Assembly: GCA_040753795.1 (NCBI GenBank)
Contig: JBFMDX010000006.1
Span: 107,030-131,029 of the forward strand
DNA: 24,000 bases
Direction: 5' to 3'
Source: Thermodesulfobacteriota bacterium
GTDB lineage: Bacteria > Desulfobacterota > Desulfobacteria > Desulfobacterales > Desulfosudaceae
In this document: piece by piece, positions 16,078 to 24,000 of the stretch
How positions within the stretch are numbered: the stretch's first letter is position 1
How the letters are laid out: every line of letters starts with the position of its first letter
The notes under the pieces: generated by a model
Told to the model about the DNA's origin: nothing
Database searches by the model: none
Seen by the model: only the letters and a program-made list of their open reading frames with translations
Position numbers and translations under genes: made by a program

Positions 16078-18342
16078 TCAATGCACTTTTGAGATCCAGC
16101 GCAAAATCGTATCCGTAACACTGGAAAACAGCGTCCCGACAAAACACCCCGAATCCTTGCCGTTATGATGAATGTTTACCGGAACCACATCATCGTCCCA
16201 GGAAGGGTCTTCGTCGTCACCACCGCCTTCATAGACGGTCAACGCCTGGAAGCCACCGGCACCGTCGGCAATATAGGAATAATCGCCAACCACAAAGATA
16301 TCCTTAACCTCTCCGGCGCTGTGATAAGCACCGCTGCGCTGCGGAGGCACAGTCGCTGGCTTAATAAAAAAGCCCATATTCTCGTCCGGCATGGTGCCAT
16401 TCGCCATCCATATCAAATCGACGCCTTCGCTGACGTCGGAACGGGCGGCATATATGCTCTGAACTTGCTCATAAGGTTGGGCGCTGTAATTCGCCAGCCA
16501 TGACGGATTGGTCGTATCCAGAACATTAAGTATATAGAACCCTTCATTACCTGCGGCGACATAGGCCAACGTCCCGACGATACTGACATCGTAGGCACAG
16601 CCAGGAATATCATCCAGGTCATCGCCGTCTTCGATGTAATATTGTCCCGTCAGCACCGGCCGGCTCTTATCCGAAATGTCCACCACCTTCAAGCCGTTCC
16701 AGCCGTCAGCGACAAAGGCATAATCGGCCCTGACAATAACCTTCCTCGCGTCTGAAACATCTGTCCCGGCGATCTCACCGACGACTGTCGGTAGTGCCGG
16801 ATCCGACACATCTACCACCTTCAGCCCGCCGGTCCCGGAGGCCACATAAGCATAACCGTCGATGACAAAAACGCCGTTGGCGTTACCTCCGGTAATCGGA
16901 CAGCTGCCTTTTAATACCGGATTTACGGGGCCGGCCGTATCGGCAGAGAGCCCGGGATCGATGATCTTCAGTCCGGCACTGCCATCTGCTACAAACAGGT
17001 AGCCATTCAGATAGTAAATATCTGAAGCCTCCCCGTTGGTGGGGAACATCCCCTTGAGCAGGAAAGTGACATAGTCTTCCGAAACAACCGCAAAGAAAAT
17101 CCGTACGCCCTCACTCATGCCCCCGGATGAAGGATCATCATCCACGGCAAACACATAACTGGAAGCCGCATCAACAAACACCGCTTCCGCGTCGGCGGGT
17201 GTCCCGGTATCATTAACCCCGGCAAGAAAATTCAGCGAAGCTGGATTCGACACGTCAACCTTCTGCAGGCCCTTTCTGCAATCGCCCACATACACAGTCT
17301 GGTTTGCTGAATCCAGGTATAAACGATAAGTACCCTGCGCATCATTGAAATACTGTCCTACCAGGCTGTTGTTGTTTATATCTTCAGGAGAAGAAATATC
17401 GGCGACCAGCAGCCCCAGGTCCACGTCTCCGATGTAAGCATAATTGGCACTGACTTCAACTGAAATGGCCTTGGTCAGGCTGCCGTCATACTGACAATAA
17501 GCAACGATAGGCAGAGAGTCCCTCTCCGGCGTGAAGGTCTCCGGGTTGATATTTACTACCTGCAAACCATATCCGGCGCAGACAAGATAGGCATAGTTTC
17601 CTGAAACAGCGACATCCAGTGCCGACGGGATATAACAAACCGCCTCAATTTCCGGCGTCGCCGGATTGCTGATATCAAACACGACCATACCGTTATAAAG
17701 ATCCGCCACATAAACATAATCTCCGGCCAGCGTGAGGCTCTGCACCCTTTTCAGGTCCGCAAACGTGGGGGGAAGTTCAGCCTGACCGGCCATGAGAGGA
17801 TTGGCAGGGTCTGAAACATCAATAACCTGGAGTCCGCTGTCATACCCCTCCTCGGTAAGCCAGTAATAGCCTATATAGGCAAGGCTACCGGACACGACCA
17901 CATCTCTGACAACGGCCCGGCCATCCTCCTTTAAAACCAGGTAAGTGCCCTTCAGATTATCGGCTGAAAAAGTTGTAAGGTCAGCCGGGAGTTCATAAAT
18001 CTGAAGCCCTTCATTGCCACAGGCCACGTAAAGAAAACCCCCGGCATAAAACACGCCCGAGATCCCTTCGGTACCCGAGACCTGACTATCTACAAGGTTT
18101 TCCTTTTCAGTCAAATGGATACTGACTTTAGCCACCAGCGTCAGAGCCGGATCAGCGGTCGTATCGTAAATGCTTATACATTCCCCGTCTCCGTAAATAA
18201 CGTAGTTACCAACCTTGGTCATTACATTTGGCGCTGCCGTGGGCCAGCGGTTAATGTAGGTAATTTCAGCGTTGCCGGCCGCAAAAACGCAAGTAACCGG
18301 CAGAATAAGAAGGATGAATAGAAGTCTAATAAAAATTTTCAT
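16078..18342 (-). CDS. Secreted LVIVD-repeat beta-propeller protein
   Basis: Signal peptide MKIFIRLLFILLILPVTCVFAAGNAE. Many repeats of the LVIVD type: GLQVIDVSDPANP, GMVVFDISNPATP, GLKVVDVSDPALP, GLKVVDISDKSRP, each preceded by Y(A/V)Y(V/I)A(D/C) strands. Confidence 0.8.
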   Translation of the reverse strand: MKIFIRLLFILLILPVTCVFAAGNAEITYINRWPTAAPNVMTKVGNYVIYGDGECISIYDTTADPALTLVAKVSIHLTEKENLVDSQVSGTEGISGVFYAGGFLYVACGNEGLQIYELPADLTTFSADNLKGTYLVLKEDGRAVVRDVVVSGSLAYIGYYWLTEEGYDSGLQVIDVSDPANPLMAGQAELPPTFADLKRVQSLTLAGDYVYVADLYNGMVVFDISNPATPEIEAVCYIPSALDVAVSGNYAYLVCAGYGLQVVNINPETFTPERDSLPIVAYCQYDGSLTKAISVEVSANYAYIGDVDLGLLVADISSPEDINNNSLVGQYFNDAQGTYRLYLDSANQTVYVGDCRKGLQKVDVSNPASLNFLAGVNDTGTPADAEAVFVDAASSYVFAVDDDPSSGGMSEGVRIFFAVVSEDYVTFLLKGMFPTNGEASDIYYLNGYLFVADGSAGLKIIDPGLSADTAGPVNPVLKGSCPITGGNANGVFVIDGYAYVASGTGGLKVVDVSDPALPTVVGEIAGTDVSDARKVIVRADYAFVADGWNGLKVVDISDKSRPVLTGQYYIEDGDDLDDIPGCAYDVSIVGTLAYVAAGNEGFYILNVLDTTNPSWLANYSAQPYEQVQSIYAARSDVSEGVDLIWMANGTMPDENMGFFIKPATVPPQRSGAYHSAGEVKDIFVVGDYSYIADGAGGFQALTVYEGGGDDEDPSWDDDVVPVNIHHNGKDSGCFVGTLFSSVTDTILRWISKVH

Positions 18343-18860
18343 TACAGCCTCACTGAAAATAGAATCATTTTATAATAATTTGAGGAAAGACGATTTTTAC
18401 CCGGTGCCCCGTACACATGTTTTTATTCTTTTTGGACGATAGATATAATTTCAATTACGCCAGGCACTTTTCAAACCCGTGCAATTAAAATTTCACCGCC
18501 TTCGGTCAGAAGTTCTCTGCGCTTGAGTGATTTTAGGTGTGATGAAGTCATTAAACATTATTTGTTAATTTAATAAAATTTTTCGGAAAAGTCAAGGTCA
18601 AAGCGCCCTCCAATACGTCCTGAGATATTATGGTTCCGGGACATACCACAATTCTCTACAAACATTATATGAAAACCTTGACATGTAAATAAAAAACCAA
18701 TACACCTAAAAAAACCGGGCGGCGTGTTTTTTAAAGGATTCCCTGAACAACGGGTATCGTAGTATCAAAAAGAAAAAATAACGCCTTTGACGTATGAATA
18801 AAAATCCGGGTGAATGCGTTCGCGGTTGTTGATTATGCTGAGGGTGCGATATCGAATCAT

Positions 18861-18889
18861 TAATTATTCTTCGGGATAGAGAATAATTA
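18861..18889. promoter_or_regulatory. 10-bp perfect inverted repeat abutting the -35 of the candidate metF promoter (possible operator)
   Basis: TAATTATTCT (18861-18870), 9-nt spacer, AGAATAATTA (18880-18889). Confidence 0.35.
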
Positions 18890-18920
18890 TTGACATGATC
18901 CGAATGATCCTCTTATAAAA
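18890..18920 (+). promoter_or_regulatory. Candidate sigma70 promoter for metF-hdrA-mvhD
   Basis: -35 TTGACA (18890-18895), 17-18 nt spacer containing the direct repeat TGATCC-GAA-TGATCC, -10 TTATAAA (18913-18919). Implies a leader of about 230 nt. Confidence 0.4.
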
Positions 18921-19157
18921 TGATGTGCTGCTGAAAAAGGGGAGCGGTTTTCAGATCAAACAGAACCGTATTGCTGGCCGGAATCTGACCAGGAAATTTT
19001 CAGTGTCTTACTTATTCCGATATTCCAATAATCATCACTGCCAAACGTTTTCGCCTTTCGCCTGGAGTACGCTTTTCTATTCTATCTTATTTGTATTCAA
19101 TATCGACCTGTATATGCTCGGCGCAGTCACCACCCATAACCATACGGAGGATTACGG

Positions 19158-20033
19158 ATGCGATTAAAGGACAGGCTGGACGCTGGAGACTTCGCCATTC
19201 TCGCTGAAATGGAGCCCCCGAAAGGGGCTGACGCATCGAGAATGGTAACGATGGCCACCAGGGTAAAAGGGGCGGTTGACGCCTTTCTGGTCCCTGAAAT
19301 GAGTAATGCCGTTATGCGCATGAGTTCTCTCGGGGGTGCTCTGGTTCTGCAGCAAAGGGGACTGGAGACCATCCTTCAGGCGAACTGCCGGGATCGAAAC
19401 CGTCTCGCCCTGCAGGCCGATCTACTGGCTGCTTATGCCTGCGGCATTCATAATGTCATGGTCGTCGCCGGGGACGATCCCAGCGTCGGTGATCACCATC
19501 AGACGAAGCCGGTATACGACATTGATCTCCACCAGCTTCTGGATATGATCCAGCAGATCCAGAACGGCCATGACATGGCCGGCATCGAACTTTACGGGGC
19601 ACCCCACTTTCTTGTCGGTTCAACCGTTACCCCGGCGGTGAAGGAATACCACCTGGATAAAGAAATCGAAGAGATGGAAAACAAAAAGGAACACGGCGTC
19701 CGGTTTTTCATTACGCCTCCCGTCTTCGATCTGGCCGCCATCAGGCCTTTTCTCAATGCCATTGACACCAGCAAAACTCACATTATCCCGACCGTTCTCC
19801 TGCTGAAGTCCGCAGGCATGGCCAGATATATCAATAAAAACATGGACCACATCAAAATACCTCCGGACATGATCAACCGGATTATGAAAGCCGGTGACAA
19901 GACCCGGGAATGTGTGTTGATCGCCAAAGAAATTGTTGCCACCCTGAAAAAAGAGAATTTTTCCGGAGTCTGCATATCCACTATTGGATGGGAAGACAAG
20001 CTCCCTGAAATTTTGGGAACCATCAGCGGATAG
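19158..20033 (+). CDS. metF: Methylenetetrahydrofolate reductase, MetF type associated with Hdr/Mvh
   Basis: AILAEMEPPKG..., QANCRDRNRLALQADLLAAYACGIHNVMVVAGDDP, YDIDLHQLL and FFITPPVFD resemble the MTHFR TIM barrel. ACGGAGGA RBS. Immediately followed by hdrA/mvhD. Confidence 0.85.
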   Translation: MRLKDRLDAGDFAILAEMEPPKGADASRMVTMATRVKGAVDAFLVPEMSNAVMRMSSLGGALVLQQRGLETILQANCRDRNRLALQADLLAAYACGIHNVMVVAGDDPSVGDHHQTKPVYDIDLHQLLDMIQQIQNGHDMAGIELYGAPHFLVGSTVTPAVKEYHLDKEIEEMENKKEHGVRFFITPPVFDLAAIRPFLNAIDTSKTHIIPTVLLLKSAGMARYINKNMDHIKIPPDMINRIMKAGDKTRECVLIAKEIVATLKKENFSGVCISTIGWEDKLPEILGTISG

Positions 20034-20101
20034 CCCGTAACCGGAAATACCCGTGTTACACTAAGCGCGGCGGAAGGTAATATTATACGAGGGAGAAATA
20101 T

Positions 20102-23100
20102 ATGGGCAGGGAGAATCAGGCAGAAAACATCACCAGCGGCGGAACGGATGTTTCGGGGGCGGTTATGGTTATCGGCGGCGGCATTACCGGAATGCAATCC
20201 GCTCTGGACCTGGCCAATGCCGGATACCGGGTTTACCTGGTTGAAGCTTCGCCGGCCATCGGCGGCGTCATGGCCCAGTTGGACAAGACCTTTCCAACCA
20301 ACGACTGCGCCATGTGAATTATTTCACCCAAGCTGGTCGAGGTCGGCCGGCATCTGAACATCCAGTTGCTCACCTTGTCTGAAGTCCAGTCCATTGAAGG
20401 GGAAGCAGGCAATTTTACCGTGACGGTCAAGCAGTCTCCCCGTTTTGTAGACATGGACAAATGCATTGCCTGCGGCGCCTGCGCGGAAAAATGCCCCAAA
20501 AAAGTGGCCGATAAATATAATGAAGGTATCAGCGTCCGCAAGGCTATCTATGTCCCCTACCCCCAAGCGGTGCCCCTAAAATACGCGATCGACGCGAAAA
20601 ACTGCATCTATTTTAAAAACGGCAAATGCCGGGCCTGTGAAAAATTCTGCCCGACAGAAGCGATCCGACTGGACGACACCGAAAAAGAAATCCGGCTGAA
20701 TGTCGGGGCAATTGTTTTGACCACCGGACTGAAAACATTTGATCCGTCCAATTTGGATAATTACCAGTATGCCCAGTACGCCAACGTTGTGACCAGCATT
20801 GAATTCGAGCGGTTGCTGTCCGCCGGGGGCCCGACCAGAGGGGCGATCAAAAGGGTTTCCGACGGCAAAAAACCTTCGAAAATAGCCTGGCTGCAATGTG
20901 TCGGCTCCCGCGACCTGAATCGGTGCGACAACCCGTATTGTTCTTCGGTCTGCTGCATGTATGCGCTCAAGGAAGCCATGCTCGCCAAGGAACACGTCGG
21001 GGGTGATTTCCAGGCGACCATCTTTCTGATGGATATGAGGACCTACGGCAAAGACTTTGAAAAGTATTACGAACGCGCCAGGGCCGAAGGGGTCCGCTTT
21101 GTGCGTTCCAGAGTCCATACCATCACCGAGAAAGCGGATGGCACGCTCCTGTTCCGCTATGCTACCGAATCCGGACAAATCGTTGAAGAGGAGTTTGACC
21201 TGGCGGTTCTGTCCGTGGGAATGGAACCGGCGGCCGCGACCGGCAAACTGGCGGCAACCCTCGGGATCGAAGTCAACGCCTCCGGATTTATCAATACCGA
21301 TCCGCTATTGCCGACCGCGACCTCCCGGTCCGGAATTTACGTCGCCGGTGTTGCCCGGGGATGCAAAGATATCCCCGAGTCGGTGGTGGAAGCCAGCGCC
21401 GCCGCGGAAAGCGCCGCCCGTCTGCTGGCCGGCGCCCGCGGATCTCTGACGCAACAGAAAGCGTTTCCCCCCGAAACCGACGTGGCCGGAAAGGAGGCCC
21501 GCATCGGGGTCTTCGTCTGCAACTGCGGTTCCAATATCGGCGGCATCGCCGATGTGCCGCAGATTGTCGAGTTCGCCAAAACACTTCCCGGGGTAACCTA
21601 TGCCCAGGAAAACCTGTTCACCTGCAGCCAGGACACTCAGAACACGATGGCTCAGCTCATCCGCGAGCACAACCTGAACCGGGTCGTCGTGGCCGCCTGC
21701 ACGCCGCGCACACACGAACCGTTGTTCCAGGAAACGATCCGGAACGCGGGTCTCAACCCCTTCCTTTTCGACATGGCCAACATCCGCAACCAGTGTACCT
21801 GGGTCCATTCAGAGCAAAAGGAAACGGCCACGGGAAAAGCCAAGGACCTGCTGGCCATGTCGGTTGCCCGCGCCAACCGGCTGGAGCCCCTGCCCGCCGC
21901 CCGGGTTGAAATCGACAAGCATGTCATCGTCATCGGCGGCGGCGTGGCGGGCATGACAGCGGCCATGTGCCTGGCCGACCAGGGCTTCCCGGCCATTATC
22001 ATAGAAAAATCAGATAAATTGGGAGGGGTAGCCGCAAGCAGCTGCGACGAGGCCGTGGTGGCTCATGTGAAACGGCTGACCGAAAAGATTTCAACCCACC
22101 CCGGCATCGAAGTGCTTGCCTCGGCCCGGGTAACCGGCGTTTCCGGATTTCTGGGCAATTTTGACACGGAAGTGACGGCCGCCGGCCAGGCAAAAACGAT
22201 CCGTCACGGTGCCGTCGTTATTGCCACCGGCGGTGCGGCGGCGGATACCGATGAATATCTCTACCATACCAGCGAACGGGTTACCCGCTGGCACGACCTC
22301 CGCAAGCACCCGTCCATCGACCAGGCCGGCAGCGTGGTCTTTATTCAGTGCGTCGGGTCCAGAGACGAAAAAAGACCTTACTGTTCCAAAATCTGCTGTA
22401 CGGCGTCCATTGAAAACGCGATCTTTTTAAAAGAAAAGAACCCGGCAACGCAGGTCTTTATTCTCTACCGGGATATCCGGACCTACGGAGACAAAGAACT
22501 GTTGTACAAGAAAGCCAGAGAGCTGGGCGTCATTTTTATCCGCTACACCCCGGACCGGAAGCCCCGCCTGGAAGAAATCGCGGGAGGATTGTCGGTAACG
22601 GTATTTGACCCGGTTCTGGACATGGAGGTAGCCATCGAGGCGGATCTGGTCAACCTGGCCACCGCCATTGTGCCGGCCGATCATTCGGACGTTGCCCGGA
22701 TGTTCAAAGTCTCCGCCAACGCCGAAAACTTCCTGACCGAAGCCCATGCCAAGCTTCGTCCAGTGGATTGCGCCACGGATGGCGTGTTTATCTGCGGGCT
22801 GGCGCATTATCCCAAATTTCTGGGAGAATCCATCGCCCAGGCCCAGGCGGCGGCGGCCCGAGCTGCCACCGTTCTGTCCCGGGAGCATATGGAAATCATG
22901 CCGATCGTATCGGAAGTCAATGAGGACCTGTGTATCGGCTGCGGATTGTGCGAAATTTCCTGCCCCTTCGGCGCCATACGGCTGAAAAAGGTCGAAGGCC
23001 GCGGATACCGGGCGGAGAATATTTCCGCCCTCTGCAAGGGGTGCGGCATATGTGCGGCGTCCTGCCCGCAGAAAGCAATCGATATGAAACATTTCCGGGA

Positions 23101-23137
23101 CCGCCAGATCATGGCGGCCGTCGCTGCCGTGAGTTAG
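20102..23137 (+). CDS. hdrA: HdrA-like flavoprotein, tandem two-module form, with in-frame UGA read as selenocysteine (about 1011 codons)
   Basis: ORF-track entries 20102..20317 and 20366..23137 are in the same frame and separated only by TGA 20315-20317. Read-through gives VMVIGGGITGMQSALDLANAGYRVYLVE...FPTNDCAM-U-IISPKLVEVG, the conserved HdrA FPTNDC(A/S)MC(I/T)LSPK motif with U at the Cys. Two FAD folds (second is VIVIGGGVAGMTAAM), two CVGSRD...YCS..CC motifs and four CX2CX2CX3CP ferredoxin motifs. Confidence 0.85.
20315..20317 (+). other. In-frame TGA, predicted selenocysteine codon of hdrA
   Basis: Falls on the conserved Cys position of the HdrA CxxC-like motif. The frame is open on both sides. 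Confidence 0.75.
20329..20368 (+). promoter_or_regulatory. Possible SECIS stem-loop for the hdrA UGA (weak)
   Basis: CAAGCUGG (20329-20336) can pair with CCAGUUG (20362-20368) with one bulge. An inner helix GAGGUC/GGCAUC can form around GGCC (20339-20354). Folded by eye only. Confidence 0.3.
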
Positions 23138-23189
23138 CCCGGGGCAACATCGGAAACGGATGAACCAACCCTTAATGGAAGAGAAGATT

Positions 23190-23951
23190 ATGAGCGAAAC
23201 TTATCAGCCCAGAATACTGGCCTTCCTCTGCAACTGGTGCGCTTATGCCGGAGCGGACCTGGCAGGGGTGTCTCGATTCCAGTATCCCGCCGCTATCCGC
23301 CCGGTTCGGGTCATGTGCTCCGGAAGAATCGATCCGCTGTTCATTGTCGATGGACTGGCCAAGGGATACGACGGCGCTCTGGTGGCGGGGTGACATCCCG
23401 GTGAATGTCATTACCAGGATGGTAATCTTTATGCTCAGAAACGAATAGCGGCTCTGTCCTTTCTTTTGGATCTATCGGGTATCGGTCACCACCGGCTGCA
23501 ATTGAGATGGGTCAGTTCAGCCGAAGGCAAACTCTTTGCCGATTATGTCGGAGACGTCACGGACACCATCACGGGCCTTGGAAAATTCGACGTTGCGGCT
23601 CATCGGCTGCCGCTGGCGGCCATCCGCCGCACGCTTGAGACCCCCCGGGTCCGCTGGCTCACCGGCATGGAAAAGGAGTTGGTGGAGCACAAAAATGTGT
23701 ACGGAGAAAAAATCGACCCGTCACGGTATCAGGATGTGCTCCACGGCGCCATTACCCATGAATACAATAAATCCCTGGTGCTGGTATCGCTGGCCGAAAC
23801 CGAGGGCCAGGAGGTCAGGCAGCTGGCTGAAAAGACGGGTCTTGATCTGCTCACCGTATCCAACTGCCTGGTCGAACTAGAAAAGATTGGCCTGGCGGAA
23901 CTGGAAGGATATGAGGGGCAGCACCCCAAATTCATCCGCACGGCCGCTTAA
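23190..23951 (+). CDS. mvhD: MvhD-like (methyl-viologen-reducing hydrogenase delta subunit) protein with in-frame UGA read as selenocysteine and a C-terminal extension
   Basis: ORF-track entries 23160..23393 and 23466..23951 are in the same frame and separated only by TGA 23391-23393. Read-through gives ILAFLCNWCAYAGADLAGVSRFQYP...VMCSGRIDPLFIVDGLAKGYDGALVAG-U-HPGECHYQDGN...LQLRWVSSAEG, the MvhD consensus with U at the GCHxGxCHY Cys. Start is 23190 (MSETYQ, preferred) or 23160. Confidence 0.8.
23391..23393 (+). other. In-frame TGA, predicted selenocysteine codon of mvhD
   Basis: Falls on the conserved Cys of the G-C-H-x-G-x-C-H-Y motif. The frame is open on both sides. Confidence 0.75.
23394..23421 (+). 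promoter_or_regulatory. Candidate bacterial SECIS hairpin directly after the mvhD UGA
   Basis: CAUCC-C-GGUGA-AUGUCA-UUACC-A-GGAUG: two 5-bp helices separated by a 1x1 C/A mismatch, with a hexaloop containing GU, starting at the nucleotide after UGA. Confidence 0.5.
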
Positions 23952-24000
23952 CCCGGGTGCTTTACGGAAATTGATTTAGAACAGGTGTAAACAAACTTAT

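Noticed and set aside
18926-19157. Cobalamin, SAM or THF riboswitch in the metF leader.
   Set aside because: I could not find a B12 box or the conserved cores of the SAM or THF classes by eye. Only generic hairpins are visible. This needs a covariance-model scan before any claim.
18925-19167. 80-aa ORF in the metF leader.
   Set aside because: It has no RBS and uses a non-ATG start. It overlaps the metF RBS and start, and its composition is low-complexity and hydrophobic, consistent with AT-rich non-coding DNA.
20102-20317. Reading the 71-aa and 77-aa fragments (20102..20317 and 23160..23393) as truncated pseudogenes or sequencing frameshifts.
   Set aside because: No frameshift is needed. 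In both cases a single TGA sits in frame on a conserved Cys of a known Sec/Cys protein family and the downstream frame continues the same domain. Selenocysteine recoding explains both.
1-24000. Mobile genetic element, genomic island or mer operon context for hgcAB.
   Set aside because: I recognised no integrase, transposase, tRNA attachment site, phage gene or merA/merB/merR in the window. The only mobility hint is the non-coding nested repeat at 9375-10055.

Overview
GC-rich chromosomal window that looks like an anaerobic, sulfate-reducer-type deltaproteobacterium (Desulfobacterales-like). That origin is inferred from gene content only. I support about 23 protein genes and found no rRNA, tRNA, CRISPR array, transposase or integrase. 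In order: 3' part of a sigma54 activator; an unusual dual-receiver response regulator; nfnA-nfnB-rrf2 (-); tatD; patatin-like lipase; NUDIX hydrolase; SDR oxidoreductase; DsrE-like protein; a small Cys-rich ORF; a ~680-bp nested inverted-repeat element; a co-directional five-gene block on the minus strand (MetE/MtaA-like Zn methyltransferase, MoxR AAA+ ATPase, CoxE-type VWA protein, hgcA, hgcB); tatA; ssb; a secreted LVIVD-repeat beta-propeller protein; an 815-bp AT-rich intergenic region; and metF-hdrA-mvhD (+). Main result: 10070-11587 is the corrinoid protein/ferredoxin pair HgcA/HgcB, the determinant of mercury methylation, with both diagnostic motifs present (NVWCAAGK and CMECGAC). It sits at the end of an apparent operon with a methyltransferase and a MoxR/VWA chaperone pair, which are not part of the described system. 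Second result: the ORF track splits hdrA and mvhD at in-frame TGA codons that fall exactly on conserved Cys positions, so both are best read as selenocysteine genes. The mvhD TGA is followed immediately by a good SECIS-like hairpin. All family assignments come from motif recognition by eye; no searches were run.
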